DNA of 51,532 bases from Atractiella rhizophila (Eukaryota). The stretch covers positions 1 through 51,532 of the forward strand of contig MU271188.1 of NCBI GenBank assembly GCA_021432655.1, read 5' to 3'. The notes beneath the pieces were generated by a model. The model had not been told where the DNA came from. It did no database searches and saw only the letters and a program-made list of their open reading frames with translations. This document shows positions 46,736 through 51,532 of this stretch, one piece after another; the stretch's first letter is position 1, and each line of letters opens with the position of its first letter. The position numbers were made by a program, and so were the translations under genes.

Positions 46736-47336
46736 TCAATCGACGAGAGCAAGCCCCCTCAATTGAGAGTCCAACAAAATTTCAGTTAGCCAATCTTCGA
46801 ACTCCTCGTTTTGCCTCTCTTGTTCCTCTACAACTAGCTTCAGATATTGTGTGAGACATAAGGAGCAGCTTACTAGCCGCAGTAAGGAGGCAAGCGAGAT
46901 GCCAGACCAGAGCTGCTCTCCAGGAATCGTATTCTGCCCCGTACTCCACATCATTCAGATTCCACCTCTCCAAGAAAGCCCCATCTTGCATAGCGTAGAA
47001 AGGTCCACAAGCCTCGCAGACGTAGGAGATGCGAAGCATGACGAGAGGAATGAGGAATTCAGACTTTCTTTCCTTCGATACTTGCTCGTTGACGGCATTC
47101 CAGCGATCAAATGTAGCGTCATGGTTCGCGAGCAAACCAGAAGAAATCATGCGATAATTTTCTTCAAAAGGTGAAAAGGAAAGTAGCGCGTCGGCAGGAA
47201 AAGTATATTTCTGATTCTGAGTTTGGGAGGTATCCATGTCCATGTCTTCGTACTGGTTGTAGCAGTTGTTTCATTCCCGCAGCACGGATTTGCTTCCGTT
47301 TCCGAGGTCAATAGGCGAAACTTCTTGCAACATCAT
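46736..47336 (-). CDS. Hypothetical protein (possibly degenerate)
   Basis: 153-aa ORF 46782-47243. An upstream in-frame extension from ATG 47336 is interrupted by TGA at 47271-47273. No domain recognised. Confidence 0.3.
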
Positions 47337-48242
47337 GCCAGTACCACTTCGTCTCTCTCTTTTTTTTTGATAAATGAGCTTGCAAGGTATTATTTGTGGA
47401 AAGGCGTTACTTGATGGCAATGGGCTGCAGAAAAGAGAAAACGGCGGAATATTTCAAAAATCGATCCTTTGGCTCCATGAGCGTGTGTTACACCATCTGA
47501 GGGCAGTAATGCCTGTCAGTGTAACATTGGTAAATGCAATTAAAAGTCTTGACAGGTCCATTACTGAATTTAACATTCGGCTACTGTAGACTTAGCGACA
47601 TCTCTTTTATCATGCTGTACAGTCTCTACCCAAGATGAGCATAGAGTAAATCACGGATGGACAAAAGGAGCACAGGGAGCGAAGGTACCGGACTAGGCAT
47701 GAGATAAGCAGCTTTTCTCAAGTCTCATTAGCCCCTCAATGATGACAACTGACTCTGTGGATAACTCGACATGTTCTCAACAGATCAATGTTTCACATAG
47801 TATACTTCTTTCTAACCACGTTTATGCGCAAAGCAAGAAATAAGCACACCTTGTCAATGTCAACCTGTATTCGTCTAACAAGCGAAGACCACATGTACAC
47901 AGAAACCCGTCTCTAACCAATCACTCTCTGTAGCACTGCACATTGCTCCTGTCGACGCCGCATTTCAGCAAGTATTGATACTGGAGTGTGGTGGAAAGAT
48001 GGCTCCAACTTGCTGGAAGTTGTTCTTTGTTCTTTTGTCATGGGTCATGTGATGTGACATTTAGCAGTACACGGGCCACAAATTGCGAAGATTCCTTGAG
48101 GAGTTCATGATGGAGGTATGGATATTAGACACCCGCTAGCTCTACAACACTTTTGAATCTATCTCACTTTGTGCAGGCGAGCAGCACTCCTCCTCCACAC
48201 ACCTGATCCGCCACCCTGTCCTCAGCAAAGTGGGGGACATGC

Positions 48243-49937
48243 TCAGAGTTTAGCGATGATGGCATCCGTGAATTGCTTCGTAGATGCCTTTCCACCCAAA
48301 TCACCAGTGATAGACTTGCCCTCCGCAATGGTCTGTACCCCATTCCCGCATGTTAGATATAACACTTCTACCTTCCCATAGGGTGACAAGAAGAAAGAAG
48401 ATGATGGAGAAAAAGAGAGGGGAGAGCTTACGCCAAGAGCGGCTTTCTCAATCCTATCCGCATGCTCATAAAGCCTCATGTGCCTCAACATCATCAAACT
48501 GCTCAACAACAACGCTGTCGGGTTTGCCTTTCCTTGTCCAGCGATATCAGGTGCGGATCCATGGACGGCCTCAAAGATTGACGCGTCCTTTCCAATGTTT
48601 CCGGAAGGAGTGAGACCCAGACCGCCGATGAGACCGGCGCACATGTCGGAGAGGATGTCGCCGTACAACTATTTACGCGCCGTCGTCAGGAATAAAAAGA
48701 AAGAGATGGATAGAGGACCGACGTTAGGCATGACCATGACCCTGTCTGCATACGGTGCAGGGTTCTGAACCACCCTCAAGCAGACCCTATCGAGGAGGTC
48801 CTCCTCGTATGTGATTTGGGGGAACTCAGCGGCTACTTTTCTGCAAGCTTGGAGGAAAGTGCCGTCCGAAAGCTTCCTGCAAACCCAAGACGACGGTTAG
48901 AGAGTTGAACGTTGAAACAGGAGAAAGGCGTACATGATTGGCGCTTTGTGTACGGCGGTGACGTTCGACCTCTTATTGTTCACTGCATAGTTGAATGCAT
49001 ATCGAGCGACTCGCTCGGAGGCTTCAAAAGTGATGAGTTTGATAGATTGGACGACACCGTCGACAACCTGTCCATTCTTACGTTCAACATCTTTTCTGAT
49101 TCACAACAAGGAGAGAAGCACCTCGTGTTCGATACCAGAATACTCTCCCTCGGTATTCTCACGAATAATGACCGAATCCACGTTATCATAGGGGGTTTTG
49201 TAACCGACGATGGAACGGCAAGGCCTGACGTTTGCGAAGAGGTTGAACGTTCGACGGAGGGTCAGGTTGAGAGAAACGTGTCCTTTCCCAACTAAGCACA
49301 TGTTCAGCACCTCATCATGCGAAGGACAGAAAACGAACTTGGTGTCGCCAAAGGACCCTTCAATGCGACGGTGTTCTTTCGGATGTTCTCAATGGCAGCG
49401 TCGGGGATTGTCTGCTTCCCATCCTTGATGACTGGCGCGACGTTGACCTCTTCCCATTCTACTGGGACCTTCCCGTCCAACCACATTTTACAACCCCCTC
49501 CGGCTGTGTATAGCAAGAGAAACACACCTTTGCCTTTTCATAAATTGCTTGAACGGATTCAGAAATTTCAGGTCCAATACCGTCACCAGAGATCAAGGAG
49601 ACCTGTTGGCTTCTCAGCTCGCACTTCGTCCCACTAATAAGAACCGTACAAAGTAATTGCCCTAACACCTAAATTAATACCATGTTGTTTGGGAGCAGAA
49701 AACTCACCCTGGAGCTTTTGACACCCTTGAAATCACCCACCGGCGAGCTCTGCTCCGTATGAGGTTTGGCTTGGGTAGAAACGTATCGCAGCTGGTACCT
49801 TTGCGTATTAGCATTATTCCTATGAACCCTCTAGAACCACTGAAAGGCTCTAAGAGGAATAGAGGACGACGCACCTGTGTTGCTGCCCCGCGGCTGAGGG
49901 AAGAGCGAAGGAGAGAGGAAGCACCGAGCAGGCTCAT
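48243..49937 (-). CDS. IDH2: Mitochondrial NAD-dependent isocitrate dehydrogenase, catalytic subunit 2
   Basis: [96 protein letters not shown]. Confidence 0.95.
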
Positions 49938-50251
49938 CGTCGCAAATTTTGTGGCCCGTCATTGTCGCTGTGAGGTACGTACACTGCAAATTGACGTCGG
50001 TTATACCGGTCATCTGTCCGGGAAGCCAACTGAAATCCACCAAGACCAACTGGACCACCCTTCGGAACTCTTTCTGCACTTTTGAGCATAGAAAGTGCTG
50101 CAATAACTGTGCGTGCTAGACTTTGACATATATAGCTACTCATTCCCTTTTCAGGTTGAAACGGCTGAAGCTTTACCGTGAACAACTTCCCCACTGCCAA
50201 CATCTGACTTCACGCTGCAGCAACAGTTCAAAGGATTAATAAAGCGCGAGC

Positions 50252-51532
50252 ATGTCTTTAGGAGTTGTAGCTACACGGCCCTACAAGCCAATAACTCGAG
50301 AAGAGGTGGCGAAACACAACAAGCGAGATGACTGTTGGATTATCATCGACACTTACGTCTATGTTCGTCCCTTTTCTCCTCTACTTTCCTCTACATTACG
50401 ACATCAGTATTTGATGCTTGACGGTATAGGACATTACTTCGTTCATAGATATGCATCCTGGAGGTGCCGCTGTCCTGTTAGACGCCACAGTTGCAGGGAA
50501 AGACTCTACCGACTCCTTCTTTGGCCTTCATCGCGCTGAAGGTTTGTCTACCTTATTTCACCCAAATTTTTCTGATTCACGAAACTCTCTCAGTGCTGGA
50601 AAAGTATCCTCGCCTAATAATTGGCCGGGTACCCAACGAATCCACACGGGTCGTAATCCGTCATGCCGGAGAACTCTCTCGCGTTCCGCACGCTGAACCT
50701 CTCTGGCTTACCCCTGGTTACCATACGCCTTACTACAATGATTCCCACCGCGCTTTTCACAAAGCGTTGAGGAAGATCTTCGATGAGAAGCTGCGCAGGA
50801 AAGCATGGGAGATCGAAGAGAGTGGCAAGTGGGATCTGGGCCTTTTAAAGGAAATGAGCGAGTGGCATTTCCAAAGGATGCGTTTGGGTCCTGGAAGTCA
50901 TATGAAAGGTATAATTCTGCCTGGAGACCTGAAGGGAGAAGACTATAATTACTTTCATGAGTACGGTTGTCTGTCACATCCACGCATGGTTTCTGAGGAT
51001 TGCTGTGAACCAGGCTCATTTTCACGCAAGAGATTGGGCGAATGGGTGCAAGAACGATGTTTGATGGTGTATGCGATCCTTTTTCCTTCGTCCACCTGTG
51101 TCATTAATTTGAACCCTGATCAGTTCGTCAGCGGTCTCTCCATTGGCCTTTCCACCATTTACAACTATGCTTCTCAAGCGGTCTGCATTTTATCTCACAT
51201 AAAGCTAAATCGCTGATGGCATGATGGATGTAGGTGAAGGACGAAGTGATGGAGCCTTGTCTCCGCTCCGACAAGTACATCTGTCTCGCAATCACTGAAG
51301 GTCTATCCCCTGCTTTCCTACCTCCTTGCCTTTCTTAAATGCTCGTTACATAGCATTCATGGGTTCTGATGTCGCTGGAATTCGCACAACCGCTGAGAAG
51401 ACGCCGGATGGCAAACACTGGATTATTAATGGCACGAAGAAGTGGATCACAAACGGAATGTTCGCCGATTACTTCGCAACGTGTTGCAAGACAGGACCCA
51501 ACGGGCATCTTACGATGATACTTGTTAAGCGA
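50252..51532 (+). CDS. Acyl-CoA dehydrogenase with N-terminal cytochrome b5-like domain; runs off the right edge
   Basis: EEVAKHNKRDDCWIIID, MHPGG, AGKDSTDSFFGLH (b5 domain); PHAEPLWL..GYHTPYYNDSH, ICLAITE/AFMGSDVAGIRTTA, WIINGTKKWITNG (ACAD). Confidence 0.92.

Overview
Intron-rich fungal nuclear DNA. The gene content and the ~50-60 nt introns point to a basidiomycete; the species cannot be determined from this window. About 20 genes can be reconstructed across introns: an ACS-type MFS permease, a GST, a mitochondrial citrate-carrier-like gene, a TRP/Flc-like channel, an EXPERA/TMEM97 protein, a NAT9-like GNAT, an MFS-like membrane protein, FAD synthetase head-to-head with a type II NADH dehydrogenase, a large uncharacterised protein, an Argonaute, mitochondrial bL28m, a Gyp8-type TBC GAP, PI-PLC, RMT2, IDH2 and a cytochrome b5-acyl-CoA dehydrogenase. 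The middle of the window (15.8-36.5 kb) is unusual in three ways. (1) Three tandem duplications (~1982, ~620 and ~3475 bp) each cut through genes, yet the copies differ mostly at synonymous sites, like two functional haplotypes laid end to end. (2) A >20-intron Argonaute that the ORF track misses has an open PIWI domain but an apparent MID-domain deletion, a lost splice acceptor and an N-domain frameshift. (3) A 1.2-kb intron holds a GU-rich multi-hairpin structure that may be an unannotated ncRNA. Several accessory genes carry small deletions, while the core genes look intact. Gene models were spliced by eye; family names come from motif recognition, not database searches.
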